Part shown: positions 8,912-17,780 of the stretch, piece by piece
How positions within the stretch are numbered: position 1 is the first letter of the stretch
Layout of the letters: each line of letters starts with the position of its first letter
Made by a program: the position numbers and the translations under genes
Notes under the pieces: model-generated
The model's database searches: none
Told to the model about the DNA's origin: nothing
What the model saw: only the letters and a program-made list of their open reading frames with translations
Assembly: GCA_964533835.1 (NCBI GenBank)
Contig: CAZHQD010000001.1
Coordinates: 1-54,437 of the forward strand
Source of the DNA: an uncultured Puniceicoccaceae bacterium
Lineage (GTDB): Bacteria; Verrucomicrobiota; Verrucomicrobiia; Opitutales; Oceanipulchritudinaceae
Direction of reading: 5' to 3'
Length of the DNA: 54,437 nt

Positions 8912-10177
8912 CTAGCCGCAAATGTAGTCTTTGCCCATCCGTTCGCGCAATACCTCAGGCACTTTCACGCGGCCATCCTCCTGTAGATTATTCTCGATAA
9001 TCGCAGCCAGCACTCGTGGTATTGCCAGTCCTGAGCCGTTGAGGGTGTGGACAAAGCGCACCTTGCCTTCGCTGTCGCGGAAGCGTGTATTTGCGCGGCG
9101 CGCCTGGAAATCCGTAAAGCACGAGCAAGAAGAGACTTCCAGCCAGCGCTTTTGCCCCGCTGCAAATACTTCCAGGTCATATTGCTTGGCGTGCGCGAAC
9201 CCAATATCTCCCGTGCACATCAGTAGCGTGCGGTAGGGTAGGTTGAGCTTCTCAAGCAGGCGCTCAGCATCTGCCCGCAGTGTCTCCAATTCATCGAAGC
9301 TCTTGTCAGGGTGAGCCCATTTTACCAGTTCCACTTTGTCAAACTGGTGGAGTCGGTTCAGTCCGCGCACGTGGGCGCCCCAGCTTCCTGCTTCTCTGCG
9401 GAAACAGGGGGTATAAGCACAGTGCTTGAGGGGGAGCTTAGCTTCCTCAAGTATTTCGCCTCGGTAAAGATTGGTTACGGGCACTTCCGCGGTAGGTATC
9501 AGGTAAAAACCATCTCCCGGCACGCTATACATCTGGCCTTCCTTGTCGGGGAGCTGGCCTGTGGCGGTTGCGCTGGCAGCGTTAACAACAATCGGAGACA
9601 TTACTTCGACGTACCCCGCATTGCTGTTTTCGTCCAAAAAGAAGCCCAGCAGTGAGCGCACCAGCTTTGCTATATCTCCCATGTAAAAGGGAAACCCTGC
9701 TCCCGTTACTTTCACACCTCTTTCGAGGTCCACCATCTTGGGGAACCAAGGCAAATCAAAATGGGCTTTCGCGTGTGGCGAGGCAGATGCGGGGTCGCCC
9801 CATGTCTTGTGGACAATGTTGTCATCTTCCGTGCGTCCTACGGGCACCGACTCATGAGGCAAGTTGGGCAGTTGCAGGAATGCCGCTTGGAAACGCTCTT
9901 CTACTTCGGCCTGCTTAGCTTGCAGCTCCTTAACCGAAGTTGAAAGCGCTTTCATCTCTTTAACTTTTTCCTGAAACTCAGGGCTTCCCTTCGGCAGGCG
10001 GGCCATCTCATTGTTTGCAGCATTTTGCTGGGCACGCGCTGTTTCGGTTTCCGCAATAATACGGCGTCGCTCCACGTCTATGGCGAGAACGCTGTCTATA
10101 TCTACGGCAAACTTCTTTTTGCCAATGGCAGCGCGAACAACGTCTGGCTGCTCTCGCAGGAGCTTAATGTCAATCAT
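8912..10177 (-). CDS. serS: serine--tRNA ligase
   Basis: The ORF-track entry 8912..10396 contains a full SerS starting at the internal Met (MIDIKLLREQPDVVRAAI...), ATG at 10177..10175, giving 421 aa. The longer N-terminal extension overlaps the upstream kamA-like gene and has no SerS counterpart. Confidence 0.9.
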   Translation of the reverse strand: MIDIKLLREQPDVVRAAIGKKKFAVDIDSVLAIDVERRRIIAETETARAQQNAANNEMARLPKGSPEFQEKVKEMKALSTSVKELQAKQAEVEERFQAAFLQLPNLPHESVPVGRTEDDNIVHKTWGDPASASPHAKAHFDLPWFPKMVDLERGVKVTGAGFPFYMGDIAKLVRSLLGFFLDENSNAGYVEVMSPIVVNAASATATGQLPDKEGQMYSVPGDGFYLIPTAEVPVTNLYRGEILEEAKLPLKHCAYTPCFRREAGSWGAHVRGLNRLHQFDKVELVKWAHPDKSFDELETLRADAERLLEKLNLPYRTLLMCTGDIGFAHAKQYDLEVFAAGQKRWLEVSSCSCFTDFQARRANTRFRDSEGKVRFVHTLNGSGLAIPRVLAAIIENNLQEDGRVKVPEVLRERMGKDYICG

Positions 10178-10277
10178 GGGTGGTGTGGCGTTAAAGCGGG
10201 TTGTAAAAACCGCCAGCAAAGCAGTCAGCCACCCAACTGTCAACGCAAGGTAACTGCTCAATACAACCTTGCCCCAC

Positions 10278-11465
10278 TTATGCCATAATCGGCTCACCCA
10301 GCGCAGGATGTGCCGTGACCACTTCCTCTGCCGATGCAGTAAGCGGGTAGCGATAGAGGTCCCCTGCATAGTTTCGCAAGACAACTTCCGTATCACTTAT
10401 GTCTTCCACGTAGTTGGGGTTGAGCGGTACTTTGCCGCCGCCTCCGGGCGCGTCTATGACAAACTGAGGTATTGCATAGCCTGTGGTGTGGCCCCGCAAG
10501 CCACGTATGATTTCCAATCCCTTCCTCGGGTCCACTCGCAGGTGGCGGCTGCCTGTTATGAGGTCGCATTGGTAGAGGTAGTAGGGGCGCACGCGCATCT
10601 GAAGGAGCCTATGCACGAGGGACTTCATGGTTTCCACATCGTCATTAATGCCATTAAGCAACACGGACTGGTTCCCAAGCGGTACTCCCGCAAAAGCAAG
10701 CCTCTCGCAAGCTGCCCGCAGGTCCATCGTGCATTCTCTGGGGTGGTTGACGTGGATGCTCATCCATATTGGCCCGTGCTTTTTGAATATTTCCGTAAGC
10801 GCTGGTGTGATGCGCTGTGGCAAAAACACTGGGATGCGCGAGCCTATGCGTATAAATTCGACATGCGGTATCTGCCGCAGGCGTCCGAGCAAGTGATCAA
10901 GCTTGGCATCCGATAGCAGCAACGGATCGCCGCCTGAGAGCAATACATCGCGAATTTCGGGATGCTCCTCTATGTATTTTAACCCTGCTTCGTATTCAGG
11001 ATGAAAGTTATAATCCTGCGCATTGGAAACCAAGCGGCTTCGTGTGCAGTAGCGGCAATAGGCCGCACATCGGTCAGTGACTAAAAACAGCACGCGGTCT
11101 GGGTAGCGGTGCACGATACCTTCTACAGGCATGGTTCCTTCTTCGCCAACGGGGTCCAGCAGCTCCTCGGGCGCCGTGTACATTTCTCCCGAACGCGGTA
11201 TGACTTGCTTGCGGATGGGGCAATCAGGATTTTCCGTATCAATCAGGTTGAAAAAGTAAGGTGTAATCGCCACCGCCAGCTTTTTGTCTGCGAAATAGCA
11301 CCCCGCTTTTTCTTCTGGCGTCAGCTTCATATATTTTTCCAGATCGGCTGCTGATGTAAGTCTGTTTTTCAGCTGCCATACCCACGAATTCCAGTCGTTT
11401 TCCGAGACATGACTCCAGTGTCCTTGGCCACTGTGCCAATGCTTTAAGTTATCAAATGGTTGCAT
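10278..11465 (-). CDS. KamA-family radical SAM aminomutase (lysine 2,3-aminomutase-like)
   Basis: 395-aa ORF. It has the CxxxCxxC cluster (CAAYCRYCTRS) and a KamA-type N-terminus (WNSWVWQLKNRLTSAADLEKYMKLTPEEKAG). Confidence 0.85.
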   Translation of the reverse strand: MQPFDNLKHWHSGQGHWSHVSENDWNSWVWQLKNRLTSAADLEKYMKLTPEEKAGCYFADKKLAVAITPYFFNLIDTENPDCPIRKQVIPRSGEMYTAPEELLDPVGEEGTMPVEGIVHRYPDRVLFLVTDRCAAYCRYCTRSRLVSNAQDYNFHPEYEAGLKYIEEHPEIRDVLLSGGDPLLLSDAKLDHLLGRLRQIPHVEFIRIGSRIPVFLPQRITPALTEIFKKHGPIWMSIHVNHPRECTMDLRAACERLAFAGVPLGNQSVLLNGINDDVETMKSLVHRLLQMRVRPYYLYQCDLITGSRHLRVDPRKGLEIIRGLRGHTTGYAIPQFVIDAPGGGGKVPLNPNYVEDISDTEVVLRNYAGDLYRYPLTASAEEVVTAHPALGEPIMA

Positions 11466-11501
11466 TGCTGGGGAAATACGAGTTAGGCTTGAGGTTTGAT
11501 T

Positions 11502-11527
11502 GATATATTGATTATTTCATATATATC
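11502..11527. promoter_or_regulatory. AT-rich inverted repeat in the kamA/arsR divergent intergenic region (candidate ArsR-type operator)
   Basis: GATATAT (11502-11508) and ATATATC (11521-11527) are perfect 7-bp arms separated by 12 nt, about 25 nt upstream of the arsR-like ATG. Such a repeat is easily produced by chance in AT-rich sequence. Confidence 0.25.
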
Positions 11528-11552
11528 TATTTGTCAATGCACGGAATAAAAA

Positions 11553-11948
11553 ATGCCAACCGCTAAAAAACAGGATCGTCTCGCCAAACAGCTCTGGGCA
11601 ATCGGAGATGTGGCTCGGTTGCGCTTGCTCCAATTGCTTTCAAATACTGAGGATTGCCATCACGGAAACAACGTCTCCAGTCTGGCGGAAAAGCTTCAGT
11701 TGGCCCAGCCCACTGTTTCGCATCACTTGCGTATTCTTCGGCTTACTGGTTTAGTTAAAAATAAGAAAATGTGCCGCGATGTCTTTTACTGGATAGATGC
11801 TGAGGAAGCTGAAAAGGTGCTTTCGGAGCTTACCCAGGTTTTGAGGACCACCCCTACTGAAACCTCTAATTCCGCACAGGCAGCAAAATCTTCCGAGAAA
11901 AAAGGCAGCACACGCATCTCCAGGGCCAAGACTCCCCTTGTTGGCTAA
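11553..11948 (+). CDS. ArsR/SmtB-family transcriptional regulator
   Basis: 131-aa ORF. The winged HTH LAEKLQLAQPTVSHHLRILRLTGLV is typical of ArsR/SmtB. Confidence 0.8.
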   Translation: MPTAKKQDRLAKQLWAIGDVARLRLLQLLSNTEDCHHGNNVSSLAEKLQLAQPTVSHHLRILRLTGLVKNKKMCRDVFYWIDAEEAEKVLSELTQVLRTTPTETSNSAQAAKSSEKKGSTRISRAKTPLVG

Positions 11949-11997
11949 AATCAATCCGATTTTTGGCAAAAGGCGATTTCGCTGCTACGCTTCCGCC

Positions 11998-12741
11998 ATG
12001 AATACAGTCGTTATCGGAGGTATTACTGGTGGCATAGGCAAAGCGCTTGCCCATTTGTTGCACAAAAATGGCTACCGCGTCTGTGGGTATGCCAGAGACA
12101 AACAGCGCCTGGATTCCCTTTCCGCCTCCAACCCTGGCTGGCATATTCGAGAGCTGGACGCCACGAATGCAGATGCCGTGAAGGCTTATTTCAGCTCTCT
12201 GGAAACAGACGTGGGCGAATTGCATGCCTATTGCCACTGCGTAGGGTCCGTTTTTCTTAAGCCAATTCACCTCACTTCCGATAGGGACTGGGAGGCAGTC
12301 CTGCATACGAATCTTTTCTCTGCTTTCTATGCAACGCGTAGCGCTGTGGCGGCCATGCAAAAAGGAAGTGGCGGCTCCATAGTATTGTGCAGCTCGGTTG
12401 CTGCGGTCGCGGGGCTGGCTAGCCACGAAGCAATTGCTGCTGCAAAAGGGGGTATAAATGGGCTTGTTCTTGCCACTGCCGCCTCTTATTCCAACAAGCA
12501 AATCAGGGTAAATGCCGTCGCCCCCGGGCTTGTGGAAACCCCTGCTACCCAGTTGCTCACGGCGAATCCCGCCAGCCGTGCGCTTTCGGAGAAAATGCAC
12601 CCGCTTGGCAGGTTGGGTAATGCCGAGGAGATTGCCGCATTGATGGCGTTTTTGGTCTCAGCCGAAGCCTCTTGGATAACGGGGCAAATTTTTAGCGTGG
12701 ATGGTGGCATGGGTAAGCTCTTGCCAAAGCCTAGAGCCTAG
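11998..12741 (+). CDS. classical short-chain dehydrogenase/reductase (SDR)
   Basis: Start placed at the internal ATG 11998 (MNTVVIGGITGGIGKALA, Rossmann TGxxxGIG). It also has the SDR NAG-like segment and a C-terminal GQIFSVDGG. The track start 11938 would overlap arsR. Confidence 0.8.
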   Translation: MNTVVIGGITGGIGKALAHLLHKNGYRVCGYARDKQRLDSLSASNPGWHIRELDATNADAVKAYFSSLETDVGELHAYCHCVGSVFLKPIHLTSDRDWEAVLHTNLFSAFYATRSAVAAMQKGSGGSIVLCSSVAAVAGLASHEAIAAAKGGINGLVLATAASYSNKQIRVNAVAPGLVETPATQLLTANPASRALSEKMHPLGRLGNAEEIAALMAFLVSAEASWITGQIFSVDGGMGKLLPKPRA

Positions 12742-12770
12742 TTTCGCCAATAGTCCCTACCTTCATTGTC

Positions 12771-14180
12771 TTGAGCACTTCAGCCAAACTTCCTCTGCGA
12801 GTAAAATCTGGCTATGGCGCTGCCGAGACGGGCATCTCTGCTGCAGAGTTTTTGCTGCAAGTAGCTTTACTGGAGTTCTACATCACGGCAGTAGGGTTAA
12901 ATGCGGGATTGGCCGCCTTAGCTCTAGCGATTGGTACGCTATGGGATGGGATCAGCGATCCACTCATGGGCACCATCATTGACCGCACTCGCCTGCGGGC
13001 AGGTAGATTTTTACCATTCATAGCTTTAGGTGGCGTTCTTTTGGCGATTGCTTTGCTGGTAGTTTTTCTGCCTCCGCAGCTGGATTCTCAATTGGCGAAG
13101 TTCGGTTATATGCTAGGTGCATGCCTACTAATCAATACGGCCACTACCATCATTTCGGTTCCGCATCTGGCGCTAGGGGCAGCTCTAAGCCAGGATAGGC
13201 ATGAGCGGACGCACCTGGTGGGGTGGCGGCTTGTCTTTGGCAACTTAGGATTTCTTCTGGGTGTTTTGCTGCCTGTAATCGTAGCAAAATCGCTCATGGC
13301 TGATGTTGAGACTTCGGAGGGCCTTCTCTCTTCGCGTGGCGGAACGGCTGTTGTACTGGCCGCAGTAACTATAATTGGCGCCGCAATTACTTGTTTCGCC
13401 CTTAGAAATCGTCAGCCCAACTATGATGCCATTCCTTCGCAAAGCGGGTTCTGGAAGAATATTTTTAGCCTGTTGCGAAATCACGTTTTCAGGCCTTTGC
13501 TAGCCTCATTCATGCTGATGGGCATCGCGCGCACTATAAACGCGTCGGTTGCGCTTTTCTATTACAAGCTAGCCCTGGATCTTTCAGAAGAGCAGGTATT
13601 TGTTAACGTCCTGGTGGTTTTCATTTTCTCGATTCTTCTCTCTATTCCCTTTTGGGCATGGTTATCACGAAAAATCGGAAAGCGCGGGCCCGCTTTATTT
13701 GGCCTGAGCACGCTGGGTGTGTTGGGCGCGATAGTCTATCTTATTTTCCCTTCTGGTGAGTTGCTTGGGCCGGTTGTCATGGCGGTCATAGGTGGTATTT
13801 TGGTAGGCACCGTCATTCTTTTTGAGTCACTCGTTGCTGATGTTGTGGATTATGACGAACTTAAAACAGGTAGACGGCGCGAAGGCCTTTATTTTGGTTT
13901 TTGGAAAATGGCCACAAAGCTGTCGCGTGCACTGGGGCTTGGCCTTACCGCTCTTCTGCTTTCTTTGATTGGGTTTGAAGAAGGGGCAATCACGCAATCG
14001 GAAGATACCCTTACGGGGCTTCGCTGGATTTTCGGGCCCGGTGTAGGAGGCTTCTTTCTTCTCGCGGCGATTGCGTTTTATCTTATGCCGCTCACGGACT
14101 CGCGTCATGTTCGTGTCCAAGCCCTTCTGAATCGCAGGAAAGAATTTCGCGCTTGGCGTTTAATTAATACGAAATCGTGA
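12771..14180 (+). CDS. MFS transporter, glycoside-pentoside-hexuronide (GPH/MelB)-like
   Basis: 469-aa multi-TM ORF with a TTG start. The frame is closed by TAG at 12732 and no ATG occurs before the conserved N-terminal GYG segment. It also has the DPLMGTIIDRT motif typical of GPH/MFS_2. Confidence 0.7.
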   Translation: MSTSAKLPLRVKSGYGAAETGISAAEFLLQVALLEFYITAVGLNAGLAALALAIGTLWDGISDPLMGTIIDRTRLRAGRFLPFIALGGVLLAIALLVVFLPPQLDSQLAKFGYMLGACLLINTATTIISVPHLALGAALSQDRHERTHLVGWRLVFGNLGFLLGVLLPVIVAKSLMADVETSEGLLSSRGGTAVVLAAVTIIGAAITCFALRNRQPNYDAIPSQSGFWKNIFSLLRNHVFRPLLASFMLMGIARTINASVALFYYKLALDLSEEQVFVNVLVVFIFSILLSIPFWAWLSRKIGKRGPALFGLSTLGVLGAIVYLIFPSGELLGPVVMAVIGGILVGTVILFESLVADVVDYDELKTGRRREGLYFGFWKMATKLSRALGLGLTALLLSLIGFEEGAITQSEDTLTGLRWIFGPGVGGFFLLAAIAFYLMPLTDSRHVRVQALLNRRKEFRAWRLINTKS

Positions 14181-15040
14181 TAGCTTTACCTTATAGCAAT
14201 CACTTCGATTCTAATTTTTTCTTTAATGGTATGATCGCTCTCTTTTTCTACGGGTGGCTAATTATGGTGGCAATCATGGCAGCCCTCTGGCTCTACCAAA
14301 AGCGCTTGGGCGATGCTGGTATCGTGGATGTCGCTTGGTCTTATGGGATAGGAGTACTGGCTCTCTTTTATTTAATTTTTCTACCTGAGATTCCCATTGA
14401 AAGGCGATTGCTTGTTTGTGGAGTGGCTGTTCTTTGGTCCGCGCGACTGGGAACTTATCTTCTATTTAATAGGGTCATTGGTAAGCATGAGGATGGCAGA
14501 TACAAAGAGCTGCGTCGCTCATGGGGCGATCAATTTCAGCGCAAGCTTTTCTGGTTTTATCAGGCTCAGGGCGCAGCGGACAGTCTCCTCACTATACCGA
14601 TTCTCATTGCCCTTGCGGTTCCTGCATCAGGGATCACGATTTTCGATATTGTGGGGGCTTTCATAGTGGTTCTTTCAGTTTCTGGCGAAACACTTGCGGA
14701 TAGCCAGTTGGCAGCATTCCGCGCCGATCCTTCCAATAAGGGTAAAACTTGCCGCAAAGGGTTATGGCGTTTTTCCCGCCATCCTAATTACTTCTTCGAG
14801 TGGTTGCACTGGATGGCCTATCCAATTATGGCGTTGCCACTCATAGCGGCAGGCGGAGTGGCCTTCTGGTTGGCCAGCTTTTCCAGCGCTGTAGTCATTT
14901 TATGGCTTGTGCTGAAAGTTACGGGTATTCCTCCCACCGAAGCGCAAGCCTTGCGCAGCAGGGGCGAAGATTACCGCCGCTACCAGCGTGAAACCAGCGC
15001 TTTCTTCCCTTGGTTTCCTAAAAAGCTCAAAGAAAGCTAA
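14177..15040 (+). CDS. DUF1295-family membrane protein (steroid 5-alpha-reductase/ICMT-like fold)
   Basis: 287-aa multi-TM ORF with SRHPNYFFEWLHWMAY near the C-terminus. The GTG start overlaps the MFS stop (GTGA). An alternative ATG lies at 14231. Confidence 0.7.
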   Translation: MIALPYSNHFDSNFFFNGMIALFFYGWLIMVAIMAALWLYQKRLGDAGIVDVAWSYGIGVLALFYLIFLPEIPIERRLLVCGVAVLWSARLGTYLLFNRVIGKHEDGRYKELRRSWGDQFQRKLFWFYQAQGAADSLLTIPILIALAVPASGITIFDIVGAFIVVLSVSGETLADSQLAAFRADPSNKGKTCRKGLWRFSRHPNYFFEWLHWMAYPIMALPLIAAGGVAFWLASFSSAVVILWLVLKVTGIPPTEAQALRSRGEDYRRYQRETSAFFPWFPKKLKES

Positions 15041-15238
15041 AATCCTGCTGAATCTCAGAAGTAAATCTTGGGTTATGCTATTAGTATCCTAACTAGAAAA
15101 ACAGTAATTGGCGGTTTTGGCCTGAAAATCGCTTTATGGTTGGCACTCGCTGGATTGTGCGTTTTCCTGATGGGGAACTATCAGGCGTTCGGTCCTTCGG
15201 GTATTTAGCGCATAAACCCGCAACCCCTCTATGGCAGC

Positions 15239-16684
15239 ATGGATTTCAATGGCTACGACTCTACAGGCTTCTTTGATGAAATGTGGGACGCAAATGGCAA
15301 AGTGCGTCCTCACTACCGCTCTTTTCTTGAGCGTTTCAATTGCCTGACCAAGGAAGAATTTCATCGCAAGAGAGAAGCGGTCGATCTCGCCTTCCTGCGG
15401 CAGGGAATCACCTTCACTGTTTACAATGATAACCAGGGCACCGAGCGCATCTTTCCGTTCGATCTGATTCCTCGCATTATACCCGCGTCTGAATGGAGCC
15501 ATCTCAAAGCGGGACTCGAACAGCGAATCACTGCGCTCAATCTCTTTCTCCATGACATCTACCACGAACAAAAAATCCTCAAAGATGGGGTTATTCCCAA
15601 GGAGATAATTTTCTCTGCCAAGCACTTTAGGCCAGAGTTTGTGGGTTTTAATGTTCCCAAGAACATCTACATCCATGTTTGCGGAACGGATTTGATTCGC
15701 GATAAAGACGGTACTTACCTCGTTCTTGAAGATAATGGACGCTGCCCTTCAGGTGTTTCCTACCTGTTAGAAAATCGGCAGGCCATGAAGCGAGCCTTCC
15801 CTAATTTCTTCCCCAAAGTTGGTGTGAGGCCTGTCACCGATTACCCGATGGAGTTGCTCAAAGTGCTCAAGCATATCGCCCCCAATGGCAAAGAAGAGCC
15901 CACCGTGGCATTGCTCACTCCAGGTATTTATAATAGCGCCTATTTTGAGCACTGCTTTCTGGCTCGCCAGATGGGTATTGAGATCGTCGAAGGCCAAGAT
16001 CTTATTGTGCGCGACCACAAAATCTACATGCGCACCATCTACGGCCTCAAGCAGGTGGATGTTCTCTATCGGCGTATAGACGACGACTTCCTGGACCCTC
16101 TTGTCTTTAGGCCCGACTCTTTACTCGGTGTACCTGGTATTGTGGATGTCTATCGCTCGGGCAATCTCGGTCTGGCCAATTCAATTGGCACTGGTGTAGC
16201 GGATGACAAGGTAACCTACTACTATGTCCCCGCTATGATCCGCTACTACTTGGATCAAGAGCCTATTCTTCCCAATGTACAAACATGGTTGGCCAGCGAA
16301 GAGAAAGATATCGGCTTCATTCTTGATAATATGGAAAAGCTGGTCGTAAAAGCGGCCAATGAATCTGGCGGCTACGGCATGCTTATTGGCCCTGCTTCCA
16401 CAAAGGCTGAAGTGGATGCTTTCCGCGAGGCGGTGAAGGCCAATCCCCGCAATTATATTGCCCAGACACCGATTTCTCTCTCTCGACACCCCACTTACAT
16501 CACAGGTGATGACACCATTGAGGGCAGGCATATAGACCTCCGTCCCTATATTCTTTACGGCGAAAAAATCAGCATTATCCCCGGCGGTCTTACCCGCGTA
16601 GCTCTCAAGCGTGGCTCTCTCGTGGTCAATTCTTCACAGGGCGGCGGCAGTAAAGATACGTGGGTGCTCGGCGCTGAAGAATAA
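15239..16684 (+). CDS. circularly permuted type-2 ATP-grasp protein
   Basis: 481-aa ORF, paralogous to the N-terminal halves of the 860- and 865-aa fusions ([24 protein letters not shown]; [28 protein letters not shown]). Confidence 0.85.
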   Translation: MDFNGYDSTGFFDEMWDANGKVRPHYRSFLERFNCLTKEEFHRKREAVDLAFLRQGITFTVYNDNQGTERIFPFDLIPRIIPASEWSHLKAGLEQRITALNLFLHDIYHEQKILKDGVIPKEIIFSAKHFRPEFVGFNVPKNIYIHVCGTDLIRDKDGTYLVLEDNGRCPSGVSYLLENRQAMKRAFPNFFPKVGVRPVTDYPMELLKVLKHIAPNGKEEPTVALLTPGIYNSAYFEHCFLARQMGIEIVEGQDLIVRDHKIYMRTIYGLKQVDVLYRRIDDDFLDPLVFRPDSLLGVPGIVDVYRSGNLGLANSIGTGVADDKVTYYYVPAMIRYYLDQEPILPNVQTWLASEEKDIGFILDNMEKLVVKAANESGGYGMLIGPASTKAEVDAFREAVKANPRNYIAQTPISLSRHPTYITGDDTIEGRHIDLRPYILYGEKISIIPGGLTRVALKRGSLVVNSSQGGGSKDTWVLGAEE

Positions 16685-16725
16685 GCGCGGTTGCCAATTT
16701 TTTTAGCCTCAACCTTTTTTATATT

Positions 16726-17736
16726 ATGCTTTGCAGAGTCGTAGATTCCCTCTTTTGGATGAGCCGCTACATAGAGCGCGCTGAAAACACAGCTCGCTTG
16801 ATGGATGTAAACCTTCAAATGGTTTTGGAAAGCGACCATTCCGGTGGCGAAAATTTCCAGCGTCAGTGGGAAGCCATACTTAGAAGCACGGGAGATCTGG
16901 CCCTTTTTCACAAACATTACGAGACTGCTGATAGCGTGACGGTGATGGAGTTCCTCACCTTCAATCGCAAAAATCCCAGCTCCGTCGTTAGTTGCATTGC
17001 CTCTGCCCGTGAGAATGCTCGCCAAATCCGCGATCAGATTACTTCCGAAATGTGGGAAGTGATTAATCGGCTCCACCTTTTTCTGAAAACCATGACGGTG
17101 GACAAAATGATGGCACAGGGCGCCTCAGATTTTTTTAAGGAGATTCGGGAGTATATTCATCTTTTCCAAGGCATCACTGCCAGCACCTACCCCAGACAAC
17201 TTGGGTATGATTTTATCAGAGCAGGCCAATACTTGGAAAGGGCAGACAAAACGGGGCGTATCCTCGACATAAAATATTGGATTCTTTTGCCGAGCCTCCA
17301 GGATGTGGGAGGCGCGCTGGATGTCGCCCAGTGGGCTGCCCTGCTCAGAGCCTGCAGCGCGCTGGATGCCTATCACTGGAATTTTGTCAGCGAGGTTAAT
17401 CCCAAGAATGTGGCTAGCTTGCTCATTCTTTCTTCCGATTTTCCCAGAAGCATCCGCTTTTGTTTGGAAAAGTTCGACGAGGCCCTCCACCACATTTCTC
17501 ACTGTCCAGCCAGAGAATACAGCAACGATTTAGAGCGTATCAGTGGCAGGCTGCTTTCCGACCTCAACTACACTACGCCTGAAGAAATCATGCGCATCGG
17601 TATCCATGAGTATTTGGAACAGCTTCAGGTGCGTATTGATGAGCTCGGTGTCAAACTGAGTGAGACTTACATGTTCTTCCCCGTTTACGACCCTGCTCTT
17701 GAAGCGGCTAAACAAGTCACCTCACAGAAACAATAA
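16726..17736 (+). CDS. alpha-E domain protein
   Basis: 336-aa ORF starting MLCRVVDSLFWMSRYIERAENTARLMDV. It aligns by eye to the C-terminal halves of the two fusion proteins. Confidence 0.8.
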   Translation: MLCRVVDSLFWMSRYIERAENTARLMDVNLQMVLESDHSGGENFQRQWEAILRSTGDLALFHKHYETADSVTVMEFLTFNRKNPSSVVSCIASARENARQIRDQITSEMWEVINRLHLFLKTMTVDKMMAQGASDFFKEIREYIHLFQGITASTYPRQLGYDFIRAGQYLERADKTGRILDIKYWILLPSLQDVGGALDVAQWAALLRACSALDAYHWNFVSEVNPKNVASLLILSSDFPRSIRFCLEKFDEALHHISHCPAREYSNDLERISGRLLSDLNYTTPEEIMRIGIHEYLEQLQVRIDELGVKLSETYMFFPVYDPALEAAKQVTSQKQ

Positions 17737-17780
17737 GAGTTTTCTGGCCTTCATTTTGTATTATTTTTGCCCATTTATTT

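Noticed and set aside
10178-10396. 73-codon N-terminal extension of the serS ORF in the six-frame track
   Set aside because: It overlaps the 3' end of the kamA-like gene (10278-11465). It has no counterpart in SerS proteins. The internal Met at 10177 gives a canonical 421-aa SerS beginning MIDIKLLREQP.
10269-10916. 215-aa plus-strand ORF, and similar long shadow ORFs at 11866-12600(-), 26500-27186(-), 36342-37052(-), 24262-24771(-), 15134-15676(-), 16555-17076(-), 7860-8411(-), 8153-8698(+) and 22939-23382(-)
   Set aside because: Each lies entirely antisense to, or out of frame within, a gene with strong family-level motifs. Their translations are Arg/Ser/Cys-rich low-complexity sequence with no recognisable domain. 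These are treated as frame shadows, not genes.
15141-15160. TGGCAC upstream of the ATP-grasp operon, resembling a sigma54 -24 element
   Set aside because: The GG-N10-GC spacing rule fails. The positions where the -12 GC should fall read AT, and the nearest TTGTGC is 5 nt too far. This is not a credible sigma54 promoter.
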